A stretch of 24,000 nucleotides of DNA, from assembly GCF_003231495.1 (NCBI RefSeq), contig NZ_PQWO01000011.1, positions 44,074 to 68,073 on the forward strand, read 5' to 3'. The position numbers and the translations under genes were made by a program. Positions within the stretch are counted from its first letter, which is position 1. Each line of letters opens with the position of its first letter. Positions 8,296 to 16,447 of the stretch are shown in pieces. Under the pieces are notes generated by a model. The model did no database searches. It was given only the letters and a program-made list of their open reading frames with translations, and was not told where the DNA came from. Origin of the DNA: Acaryochloris thomasi RCC1774 (GTDB lineage Bacteria; Cyanobacteriota; Cyanobacteriia; Thermosynechococcales; Thermosynechococcaceae).

Positions 8296-9165
8296 ATGAT
8301 GCCGCAGGTTCCCGATCACTCATTAGGTGAGCTTTATGTGGTGGGGACTCCCATTGGCAACCTCGAAGATATTAGCTTTAGAGCCATTCGCATTCTGAAG
8401 ATGGTGGATGCGATCGCATCTGAAGACACCCGTCACACCGGCAAACTGCTGCATCATTTCGAAATCAAAACACCCCAGATTAGCTACCACCAACACAACC
8501 ACAAGCAGCGTGCACCTGAACTACTCGCCCGACTGCAGCAGGGACAGTCCTTAGCCCTCGTCAGCGATGCAGGTCTACCCGGAATTTCTGATCCTGGCTA
8601 TGAGCTTGTCCAGACATGCGTGGCAGCCAATATTAATGTCGTACCTATTCCCGGTCCCAGTGCAGCATTAACGGCTTTAACCGCTTCTGGACTGCCCAGC
8701 GATCGCTTTTGCTTTGAAGGTTTCTTAGCCGCTAAGGGCGCTGAGCGACGGGACCATCTTGCTCAATTTGAAGCAGAACCTCGGACGATCATTCTGTATG
8801 AATCTCCCCATCGACTGCGGCAAACGCTGCAGGATTTATGTACAACGTTGGGGGCTGATAGGCAGATCGTGATTGCGCGGGAACTTACAAAGCTCCATGA
8901 GACCTTTTGGCGAGGGACGGTGGAGGATGCGATCTCAAAGTACGAAACTCAAAATCCACGGGGAGAATATACGTTGATCATTGCTGGCAAACCAATTGTA
9001 GAGACTGTCCACACAGATGACGAACTAAGACAAAAGCTACAAACTTTAATTGATCAGGGCATCTCGCCCTCGCAGGCAAGTCGGCAACTGGCCTCAATCC
9101 TTGGTGTTTCTCGACGATATCTTTATCGACTCTCGTTAGATTTAGTTTCTGGCTCTGCTCCTTAA
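8296..9165 (+). CDS. rsmI: 16S rRNA (cytidine(1402)-2'-O)-methyltransferase RsmI
   Basis: GELYVVGTPIGNLEDISFRAIRILKMVDAIASEDTRHTGKLLHHF...LVSDAGLPGISDPGYELV...FEGFLAAKGAERR is the RsmI signature. Confidence 0.97.
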   Translation: MMPQVPDHSLGELYVVGTPIGNLEDISFRAIRILKMVDAIASEDTRHTGKLLHHFEIKTPQISYHQHNHKQRAPELLARLQQGQSLALVSDAGLPGISDPGYELVQTCVAANINVVPIPGPSAALTALTASGLPSDRFCFEGFLAAKGAERRDHLAQFEAEPRTIILYESPHRLRQTLQDLCTTLGADRQIVIARELTKLHETFWRGTVEDAISKYETQNPRGEYTLIIAGKPIVETVHTDDELRQKLQTLIDQGISPSQASRQLASILGVSRRYLYRLSLDLVSGSAP

Positions 9166-9270
9166 AAAGACGTCAATATCCGTTTGAAACCCACAGATTT
9201 CAGTATTTTTCACGATGTGGAGAACGACATAGGCAACATAATCTTTAGCTAATGTCTAGAGCAAAAACGA

Positions 9271-10290
9271 ATGGCGCACGATTTGGGTCAAGGAGCAGCC
9301 TTTGTTGCTGGTGGTGCAGCAGCAGGTTCTTGGGTATCAGTCAACGTTGGAGGCATGGGATTAGCTTTCTCTGGGACTGCCATTGGCATAGGCATGACGC
9401 CTGTGACCCTTGCTGGTGCAACAGCAGGTGCTGCCAGCTACGGTCTTTTCCGGGCGGTTGTTGAGGGTGATGCATCAGCGCTGAGCGCGGCTGCATTAGG
9501 AGGCTTGGGTGGAGCAGCAGTTTCCCTCCATGTCGGTGGTATGGGGTTAGCCGCGAAAGGAACTGCTATTAGCCTGGGACTGGCTCCTCTGACGGTTGCA
9601 GGATCAGTTGTTGGACTAGCAGTGTATGGTTTACTGAAAAGTCTGGATCGAGGAGGTACCAAAGAACCTGCATCTCAAGTCTTTGAGCGTATGGACAGTA
9701 GAGTGTCTTGGCAGGAAAGCTATACTCAAGCACTCTTAGAGCTAAACATAGAAGCTCTAGAGAATCAGTTTGGCAACGACCCTTTGGCACAAAAATTTTT
9801 AGAGTGGCAGTTGGACGACGACCTAGAGCATCTCAAAAAGAACCTCAACATTCCTTCGGGTGCAAGCAACGCAACAAGTCAAATTCTTACTGGTCAATCT
9901 CTTGATCGAAGATTTCGCCAATTTCAGATCGATTCTGAGCTAGAGGAACTCAAGGCAAAGATGGGACTTTCGCTGTGCTCACCTAAATTTTCTAAAGAGA
10001 GCCTATTGAGACTGGAAGCTCAAATCTTCTCCAACAAGCAATTTTGCTTCCAAAGGCTAGAGAACATTGCATGCACCTTCATGCCTGAGAATAAGCAAGC
10101 AGTGGGCGAATGGTGGCAAGTATTAGGGGTAGATCAAAACGCAACACCTACAGCCGTCAAGCAGGCATATTATCAACTTGCGAAGCGACACCATCCTGAT
10201 TCCAGTATCTGCACCCATGCTCAAGCTAATATGCAAGCAGTCAATATTGCATATGACAAATACCAGCAAAGACTCAAGACTCTTAACTAA
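9271..10290 (+). CDS. Membrane-associated J-domain (DnaJ-like) protein with duplicated Gly-rich hydrophobic N-terminal module
   Basis: C-terminal EWWQVLGVDQNATPTAVKQAYYQLAKRHHPDSS...MQAVNIAYDKYQQRL is a J domain with the HPD motif. The N-terminus has two related segments: SVNVGGMGLAFSGTAIGIGMTPVTLAGATAGAASYGLFR and SLHVGGMGLAAKGTAISLGLAPLTVAGSVVGLAVYGLLK. Confidence 0.85.
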   Translation: MAHDLGQGAAFVAGGAAAGSWVSVNVGGMGLAFSGTAIGIGMTPVTLAGATAGAASYGLFRAVVEGDASALSAAALGGLGGAAVSLHVGGMGLAAKGTAISLGLAPLTVAGSVVGLAVYGLLKSLDRGGTKEPASQVFERMDSRVSWQESYTQALLELNIEALENQFGNDPLAQKFLEWQLDDDLEHLKKNLNIPSGASNATSQILTGQSLDRRFRQFQIDSELEELKAKMGLSLCSPKFSKESLLRLEAQIFSNKQFCFQRLENIACTFMPENKQAVGEWWQVLGVDQNATPTAVKQAYYQLAKRHHPDSSICTHAQANMQAVNIAYDKYQQRLKTLN

Positions 10291-10294
10291 ATAG

Positions 10295-10332
10295 ATGAGA
10301 GCGTTGTAATCCCTACGAATGTGTTGTCAAGG
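10295..10332. repeat. Dispersed intergenic repeat related to 6868-6909
   Basis: GCGTTGTAATCCCTACGAATGTGTTGTCAAGG versus GCGTTGCAAACTCTACAAATGTATTGTC-gttAAGG at 6875-6909. Confidence 0.55.
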
Positions 10333-10398
10333 CCCTGTCGTAAAACTTTCTGCTGTTAGGGAAAACTAAGTTAGTCAGCATACGGTGATCAACAGCGC

Positions 10399-10740
10399 AT
10401 GAAACTTCTCGGCAGATTTTTGGGATTAGTGCTTGTATTGCTTGGCTTATACGTACTGGGCCAAAACATCTACTTCACGACAAATGTCTCTCCCTACTGG
10501 TGGCGCGGGCTTGCTGCTGACTCCTCCGTACTGTGTCTTACGAGCGGTATCATCTCTCTATTCTTCTTTCCCAAAGAACTGAAATCCCTTGGCTGGATTG
10601 CAATGGGGCTAGGTGTTTTACTTGTCTTCGTCAGCAGTCGAGCTGTCCTACAGCCCACAAGCCTGTGGCAATTCTGCCTATCGACGGCCAGCTTTGTCGG
10701 TGGTTACCAGTTGATAACGAAGGGGAAAATTAATCTTTAG
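10399..10740 (+). CDS. Small multi-pass membrane protein of unknown function
   Basis: 113 aa, largely hydrophobic segments (FLGLVLVLLGLYVLG; SSVLCLTSGIISLFFF; LGWIAMGLGVLLVFVS; LCLSTASFVGGYQLI); no family recognised. Confidence 0.6.
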   Translation: MKLLGRFLGLVLVLLGLYVLGQNIYFTTNVSPYWWRGLAADSSVLCLTSGIISLFFFPKELKSLGWIAMGLGVLLVFVSSRAVLQPTSLWQFCLSTASFVGGYQLITKGKINL

Positions 10741-10750
10741 AGGATGTTGA

Positions 10751-12724
10751 CTAGTATTGAGCCAGCAGCTCAGGGATAAAGTCATATCCGTCTACTCCAA
10801 TTTCTTGAATGATTCTAGGGCGCTGCTCTTGAAGCAGATCTTGAAAAGCATCTGCACCGACTTTTCCTTTGAGCACAGTGAGCAATCCTGCGGCTTGAGA
10901 CCAGTCAGGAGACTCAATTTGCTTGAGCAGATACATCCCCAGACAACCGTAATGAATTGCAGACGCGGGCTGTTCTAAAACATGAAAGGCTTCAGCTAAA
11001 TTAGTGAAGTTCAATCCCTTAAGATACGAGTCGCCTGACAGATTTGCGGCTCCTAAACCGGCTTCAAGGGCACGGATCGCCTCTTGTGGCTGAGACAATG
11101 TTAGGTGTGCAATACCTAGACTGCTGTGACACAACGCCTGACTCTGCAGATCGTTTAACTTCTCTGCGATCTCTAATCCCTGCTGAAGATAGCGCATAGA
11201 AATAACGTAGCGATCTGGATCCGCTTGCTCTAGTTGCTGCGCCGCGCAAACTTGACTGAACCCCAAATTAGTGAGCGAATTTGCCTCACCTCGACGATCA
11301 CCTTGCTCACGACTGAGGATCAAAGCCCGCTGGCTGTCATCAATCGCTTGAGCATATTCCTTCAGAGAGATATGAGTCCGACTGAGGTGATTGAGGTTGG
11401 CAATCTCACAGGCTCTATCTTTGGCCGTTCGAGCAACATCCAAAGCCTGCTGATGAAAGTCAAGTGCCTGTTGATTGCGTCCCAAAGCTCTTTGAGAGTA
11501 GCCGAGGAGCGTCAGAATGCGGGCTTTCTCATGGGTTCCCTCCACTTGCTTAAGCGGGACATCTAGATAGTCCAGGGTCATATTCAGATAGCCACCGTCA
11601 AAGGCCGCAAAGACGCCACCGTAGAGCGGGAAATAGGACTGCTGAGCAAAGCTGCGTAAAATTTGCAGCGTGATCTGGAAGTATGCGTCGGAAAAGCTTT
11701 GCTGTTGAGCCAGTTGCCGGGTCCCAACCGCTAGCTCAGACCAGATGCTGGCAAACGTCAGATATGACGAGATCGAGAGTTTTGGCCCCACTCTTGTGTC
11801 ATAGGCCTGCTGATCAAACCATGACACTAACCCCCGCTGCAGGAACCGCATCACAATCATCAGCTCAATCCAGTCACTCAACTGACAGGTCGAGGCTTGG
11901 GCTGCCCACTGTTGAATAGAGATCTGTTGCTGAGCAATGAGCTTGAACAATGTTTGGGTTAAAGATAACCGCGCCAACGGCTGAGCCGGTTCAGCCTGAA
12001 AAAAGGCGTTTGTCGTTTGGGTCGGAGTTGCGTCCAGCTTCCTAGCCCAAAACTCCCAAGGGCTTTGGCCCCTTTGAAAACCCGCTTCTCTCGTTGGGGC
12101 ATCGAAAATCCAGCCGGTGACATGGCTCTGCAGCCGACGACAAGCTGCCAAGCCCTTCTTGAGGCCAGAAGTGACCTGCTTGAGATCCTGCGCTGCAGCG
12201 AGACTACGATTCTGCCCGCTTTGCTTGAGTGCAGCAGCCAGTTGCTCAATATCCTGGTTTGTAAAGATAGGGGTGCGATTGAGATCTAGCTCTCCGAGTA
12301 AGGCAAGCAATGCCTGTTGTTTGTCTGGAGCTGCGACAATTTTTTGAGTGGCAGCGGTAATGATCGTTGCATTCTGTGTTTTGACGGCTAGCTCTTCCCA
12401 AGCCTTTTGCAGCATTTTCATGCCACGACATGAGCGCTCAACCTTTGCTGGGACTTGATCCTTTGAAAATTGACCCGCCTGAGCCTGAAGCTCCTGCTCT
12501 CGCTCAGATAAACAGCGTTCTAGCAGCTCTCCCTCGACAGTCATTTGCGAACTTAACTGCTGCCACTCCGTTGCGAAGGCATGCTGTAAAGCTTCTTTGG
12601 ACAGAAACTCACCGCTCAAGTAGCGACCGAGAAGAGTTTCAATCAGTGTGGAATAAGGTTCGTGTGGCATAAATGATTCTTGAGGATAATCCACTGTTGT
12701 CTCCGATAGCTCTGCCTGCGGCAT
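10751..12724 (-). CDS. Tetratricopeptide-repeat protein
   Basis: C-terminal half has several TPR units (ARILTLLGYSQRALGRNQQALDFHQQALDVAR; CEIANLNHLSRTHISLKEYAQAIDDSQRALILSR; GEANSLTNLGFSQV; SQALCHSSLGIAHLTLSQPQEAIRALEAGL). N-terminal half not recognised. Confidence 0.85.
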   Translation of the reverse strand: MPQAELSETTVDYPQESFMPHEPYSTLIETLLGRYLSGEFLSKEALQHAFATEWQQLSSQMTVEGELLERCLSEREQELQAQAGQFSKDQVPAKVERSCRGMKMLQKAWEELAVKTQNATIITAATQKIVAAPDKQQALLALLGELDLNRTPIFTNQDIEQLAAALKQSGQNRSLAAAQDLKQVTSGLKKGLAACRRLQSHVTGWIFDAPTREAGFQRGQSPWEFWARKLDATPTQTTNAFFQAEPAQPLARLSLTQTLFKLIAQQQISIQQWAAQASTCQLSDWIELMIVMRFLQRGLVSWFDQQAYDTRVGPKLSISSYLTFASIWSELAVGTRQLAQQQSFSDAYFQITLQILRSFAQQSYFPLYGGVFAAFDGGYLNMTLDYLDVPLKQVEGTHEKARILTLLGYSQRALGRNQQALDFHQQALDVARTAKDRACEIANLNHLSRTHISLKEYAQAIDDSQRALILSREQGDRRGEANSLTNLGFSQVCAAQQLEQADPDRYVISMRYLQQGLEIAEKLNDLQSQALCHSSLGIAHLTLSQPQEAIRALEAGLGAANLSGDSYLKGLNFTNLAEAFHVLEQPASAIHYGCLGMYLLKQIESPDWSQAAGLLTVLKGKVGADAFQDLLQEQRPRIIQEIGVDGYDFIPELLAQY

Positions 12725-12827
12725 CCTGCAGGCTGATCGGCAGCCTTGTTCAAAGAAACCGCTTCAATTGCTCGTTTTTCGATACTGGCTTCAAAGATAA
12801 GGTAGCGAGTAGGAGGCCAAGACGGCA

Positions 12828-13454
12828 TTAGGTCTCAGATGCTTTTTTGCTGGCTTCAGCTTTGCGCTCACTATGACGATCGGTGAGATGATCGACCTTG
12901 TCCCGCAGCAGTAGGGTGAACTTGTAGAGTTCTTCCATGACATCTACGATGCGATCGCGATAGGCAGAGTCTTTCATCGTGCCGTCTTCATGGAACTCCT
13001 GATAGGCTTTGGCAACAGACGATTGATTGGGAATGGTAAACATCCGCATCCAGCGGCCCAATAGGCGCATTGAGTTAACTGCATTGAACGATTGGGATCC
13101 GCCAGAGACTTGCATCACCGCTAGCGTTTTCCCTTGGGTGGGCCGGATTGCGCCTAGCGTTAGGGGCACCCAGTCAATCTGAGTTTTCATCAAGCCCGAA
13201 ATATTGCCGTGGAGTTCAGGACTCGACCATGCCTGCCCCTCTGACCACTGCACAAGGGTCCGCAGTTCCTGCACTTTAGGATGGGTTTCAGGTTCAGCAC
13301 CGTGCAGCGGCAGTCCCCGAGGATCAAAGAAACGGACCTCTGCACCAATCTCTTCAATGATTCGCGCGGCTTCTTCTGCTGCAAGGCGACTGTAGGAACG
13401 CTCCCGTAAGGAACCGTACAAAAACAAAATGCGGGGTTTGTGCTCAAAAGTCAT
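12828..13454 (-). CDS. arsH: ArsH-type NADPH-dependent FMN reductase/quinone oxidoreductase
   Basis: [91 protein letters not shown] matches the ArsH signature. Confidence 0.92.
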   Translation of the reverse strand: MTFEHKPRILFLYGSLRERSYSRLAAEEAARIIEEIGAEVRFFDPRGLPLHGAEPETHPKVQELRTLVQWSEGQAWSSPELHGNISGLMKTQIDWVPLTLGAIRPTQGKTLAVMQVSGGSQSFNAVNSMRLLGRWMRMFTIPNQSSVAKAYQEFHEDGTMKDSAYRDRIVDVMEELYKFTLLLRDKVDHLTDRHSERKAEASKKASET

Positions 13455-13500
13455 GGAGACAAGGAAGATGGGATGAAAATATTAGTATCAATCGCACATT

Positions 13501-13863
13501 TTACTGGTCACAAGCTGATTGTCGAGCTGCTTCATTGAGGGGATCATCCTCAATAGGTTCCCAGTTGCCTTTGCTGGGCTGCTGCTCTGGCTCGATATCT
13601 CGGTAGCGATCGCGTTCACAATCATACTCAGTGGTGTAATTCTCAGTCTCAGTCCCTGTAGCCTGGATCGCTTCCATGTAGCTGGCTACAGTCACAAACC
13701 TCCCTGATCGTTGTATAGAATCAGTATCGATGTATTGACGTACATTACCCTCGGCTGATTCTGCCACCTGCTGCCATTGAGTCGCTCGTGCGGGAAGTGC
13801 TGAGCAGAGGACAAAACTCAGCGTCAATCCCATTACCAGAATTAGCGTTCGACACTTTAGCAT
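13501..13863 (-). CDS. Small exported hypothetical protein (surface-adhesin E-like pattern)
   Basis: N-terminal signal peptide (ILVMGLTLSFVLCSALPARATQ) followed by WQQVAESAEGNVRQYIDTDSIQRSGRFVTVASYMEAI..., a pattern common in small cyanobacterial exported proteins. Confidence 0.6.
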   Translation of the reverse strand: MLKCRTLILVMGLTLSFVLCSALPARATQWQQVAESAEGNVRQYIDTDSIQRSGRFVTVASYMEAIQATGTETENYTTEYDCERDRYRDIEPEQQPSKGNWEPIEDDPLNEAARQSACDQ

Positions 13864-13895
13864 CGCTGTTCCCTCCTAAATGTTGAAGCTATTGT

Positions 13896-15062
13896 TCAAA
13901 CAGTGATGTACCACCGCCGCCAGTGCAGACCGTAGGCCACTACCCACCAAAATAGCAGAGTTGCAAAGGAGAACAAGAAGCCTGCCGTGGCTGCGCCTGA
14001 CCAGCTCAAGAAAACATGCTCATAGATCCATGTATATGTCGATGGCGCTTCGTCTCCAGAGCCGATGTTTGTTTTCACGAGCAGCTTAATCACCAAGACT
14101 GACGCAACAAAGATAAAAATCGAATTAAGTCCCAGCACCTCTAGCGGTTTACCCCAGCGTTTTTGACCGCGTACCTCAATCAGTTCGTAACAGGCGGCCA
14201 ACAGCAGCAGCGCCAGCCCCACCGTGAACATCACAAAAGAGCTGCTCCAGAGCTTTTTGTTGATCGGGAACCAGATGCTCCAGACCTGTCCCACCACTAG
14301 GCTACCGAGGCCGAACATTGCCAATGTGGTGCTTTGGCTTGATGACCGTACGCCTTTGATTACAGCCGTGGTTCGCAGCCATGTCCCTGTGAAGTAGCCG
14401 AGTAGAGTGGTTGCGATCGCAGGTAAAGTCCCGAACAATCCCTCCGGGTCGCCCATATTCTCAAACTGGTCTCCAGCATACAGATGAGCGCTAGGAATAA
14501 TCAGACGATCAATATAGGCCCCAAAATTGCCGACCCGCGTCAAAGTCCCGGCCCCATACTCTGGCACCGGAATCACTGTCAGTGCCAGCCAGTAGCCGAT
14601 CAGCAAAACTGCTGTCGCTCCCCACTGAGCCTTGCGCGGTAGCTTCAATACCAGCAGCGCCGTCACGACATAGGCCAAGCTAATCCGCTGTAGAACGCCC
14701 ATCACTCGAATCGTGCTGAGGTCGTAGGACCAGAAGCCGTTGAGCAGCAGCCCCAGCGCGAACAGCAGCAGCCCCCGCCGCACGATCCGCCAGTAGACCG
14801 CCGGGGTCGGTTGATTGTTTGACGTATACTTTGCCAGGGAAAAGGCCATTGCCACGCCAACGATGTATAAAAAAAACGGAAACACAAGATCTGCTAAAGT
14901 CCAGCCATCCCAGTCTGCGTGGGCTAGCCAGGGATAGACCTCCGCTGTGATCCCAGCCTTGTTGACCAAGAGCATACCTGCGATCGCAATTCCTCGAAAG
15001 ACATCAAGAGAACGCAGGCGTCTTTGGGCAGTTGGCACCGTAGCGGCAGGTGAAGCAGACAT
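13896..15062 (-). CDS. Heparan-alpha-glucosaminide N-acetyltransferase-like membrane protein (COG4299/DUF5009-like)
   Basis: RRLRSLDVFRGIAIAGMLLVNKAG...HADWDGWTLADLVFPFFLYIVGVAMAFSL...RVMGVLQRISLAYVVTALLVL. Confidence 0.88.
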   Translation of the reverse strand: MSASPAATVPTAQRRLRSLDVFRGIAIAGMLLVNKAGITAEVYPWLAHADWDGWTLADLVFPFFLYIVGVAMAFSLAKYTSNNQPTPAVYWRIVRRGLLLFALGLLLNGFWSYDLSTIRVMGVLQRISLAYVVTALLVLKLPRKAQWGATAVLLIGYWLALTVIPVPEYGAGTLTRVGNFGAYIDRLIIPSAHLYAGDQFENMGDPEGLFGTLPAIATTLLGYFTGTWLRTTAVIKGVRSSSQSTTLAMFGLGSLVVGQVWSIWFPINKKLWSSSFVMFTVGLALLLLAACYELIEVRGQKRWGKPLEVLGLNSIFIFVASVLVIKLLVKTNIGSGDEAPSTYTWIYEHVFLSWSGAATAGFLFSFATLLFWWVVAYGLHWRRWYITV

Positions 15063-15275
15063 AGACCGTATCTAAAATAATGATTAAAGGTTTTATTCGC
15101 CAAAACAGGGCGTAAGTCTTTGATTCACAGTGTATGACACTGCGTTCACGGCCCTAGCATTCGGCTTCCCAGTGTTATGCTATGTCGGGGAATGTGGGTC
15201 ACTTATTTAGTTTTCTGTGCTGCTCTAGCTCTTTAAAAATTCCAAAATTAGACGATCAAAAATTAGACGATCAAA

Positions 15276-16157
15276 ATGGCCTACTCGACGAGTAATAATC
15301 GTTCCTGGAGTTTAGCTGTTGTGGGGGCAGCGCTACTGGGGATCGGGGGACTGGTGTGGCAGTTCACGGGTTTACGCACCGCGGTGCCAAACTTGGTGAA
15401 TCCCAGCGCCATCAGCCAAGCAACGCTCATAGCGGAATCAGAGGCTGCCTTTGCTCACACCGCTGGACTCATTGCTGAAGCAGAGAAGCAAAAGCTGTAC
15501 AACGTCACTGTACCGCCGCAGTTTGTGGGCAAAACCATTAAAGACGTCAAGCTAAAACCTGATCAAAAATATATTGCCCTCACCTTTGATGATGGTCCGT
15601 GGCCTGAGGTCACCAATAATATTCTCTACACGCTCAAGGCCCACGGCGTCAGGGCCACTTTCTTTGTCGTTGGCCTGCACGTACAGACCTATCCCGAACA
15701 GCTTCGGCAGGTCGTTGCTGAGGGACATGTTTTAGCCAATCACACCTGGAATCATCGCTATCACAAATTTTCATCAGCAGAGGCCGCCGTTCAACTGAAA
15801 AAAACAGCGGACATCATCTACAAGGAAACGGGCGTAAAGACGGCCCTGTTCCGGCCCCCAGGTGGCAAGCTCCACAATGGCCTTGTCAAATATGCCAACG
15901 CCCACAAATACAGCTCAATTATGTGGTCTCAGGATTCAGGAGACACCTCCCGTATCTCGTCATCCAGAATTTTGGCTAATATTCTCGCAGGTGCTAAACC
16001 AGGGGCGATTATCCTCATGCATGACGGTGGTGGGGATCGTCTCAAAACAGCCTCTATGCTGCCTCAGGCGATCAAAGAGCTTAAGAAACGTGGCTATCAA
16101 TTTGTGACGGTACCCGAGCTATTTGAGCTTTCGGCGCAGAATAACGCTCCGAATTAG
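15276..16157 (+). CDS. Polysaccharide deacetylase (NodB homology domain), membrane-anchored/exported
   Basis: IALTFDDGPWPEVTNNILYTLKAHGVRATFFVVGLHVQTYPE, NHTWNHRYH, RPPGG, MHDGGGDR are NodB motifs. N-terminal hydrophobic anchor. Confidence 0.93.
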   Translation: MAYSTSNNRSWSLAVVGAALLGIGGLVWQFTGLRTAVPNLVNPSAISQATLIAESEAAFAHTAGLIAEAEKQKLYNVTVPPQFVGKTIKDVKLKPDQKYIALTFDDGPWPEVTNNILYTLKAHGVRATFFVVGLHVQTYPEQLRQVVAEGHVLANHTWNHRYHKFSSAEAAVQLKKTADIIYKETGVKTALFRPPGGKLHNGLVKYANAHKYSSIMWSQDSGDTSRISSSRILANILAGAKPGAIILMHDGGGDRLKTASMLPQAIKELKKRGYQFVTVPELFELSAQNNAPN

Positions 16158-16447
16158 GAGCGATGTCTTCGAAATAAAGCTGTATTCCCATATAAAAGCG
16201 CTTAAAGTCCCGCGCTCAGAATTAGGAGAGGGATTTAGGGAGAAGGCCGTGCAATACTTTAGCTAAAGTGAGATGCTACCGGGTTTATGTCTTCTGTCGT
16301 GTTCAGGCGAGAGTCGGTCCGCACCGATTAAAATCTCAAATTTAGTAACAAAATTCTAAATAATGGCCTAGTTCTGTCAGATTCATAGTGCAGCGGGGAA
16401 GCCTATGCAAATGGGCCAAAGAACATCGACTCAGGTTTCATTCGGCT

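Noticed and set aside
9252-9464. Short plus-strand ORF MSRAKTNGARFGSRSSLCCWWCSS… overlapping the J-domain gene.
   Set aside because: Out of frame with the clearly coding 9271-10290 frame; Cys/Trp/Arg-rich composition is typical of a shadow ORF in GC-rich coding DNA.
11683-12347. Several 76-110 aa plus-strand ORFs antisense to the TPR gene, plus the 96-aa minus-strand ORF at 11959-12249.
   Set aside because: They overlap the long, well-supported 10751-12724 frame and lack ribosome-binding sites or family motifs.
12643-12828. 61-aa minus-strand ORF between arsH and the TPR gene.
   Set aside because: Short, partly overlaps the TPR gene's 5' end, and shows no motif.
15063-15275. Searched the divergent spacer for a riboswitch or CRISPR-like array.
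   Set aside because: Only a two-copy 15-bp tandem repeat is present; no spacer structure or conserved riboswitch motif seen.
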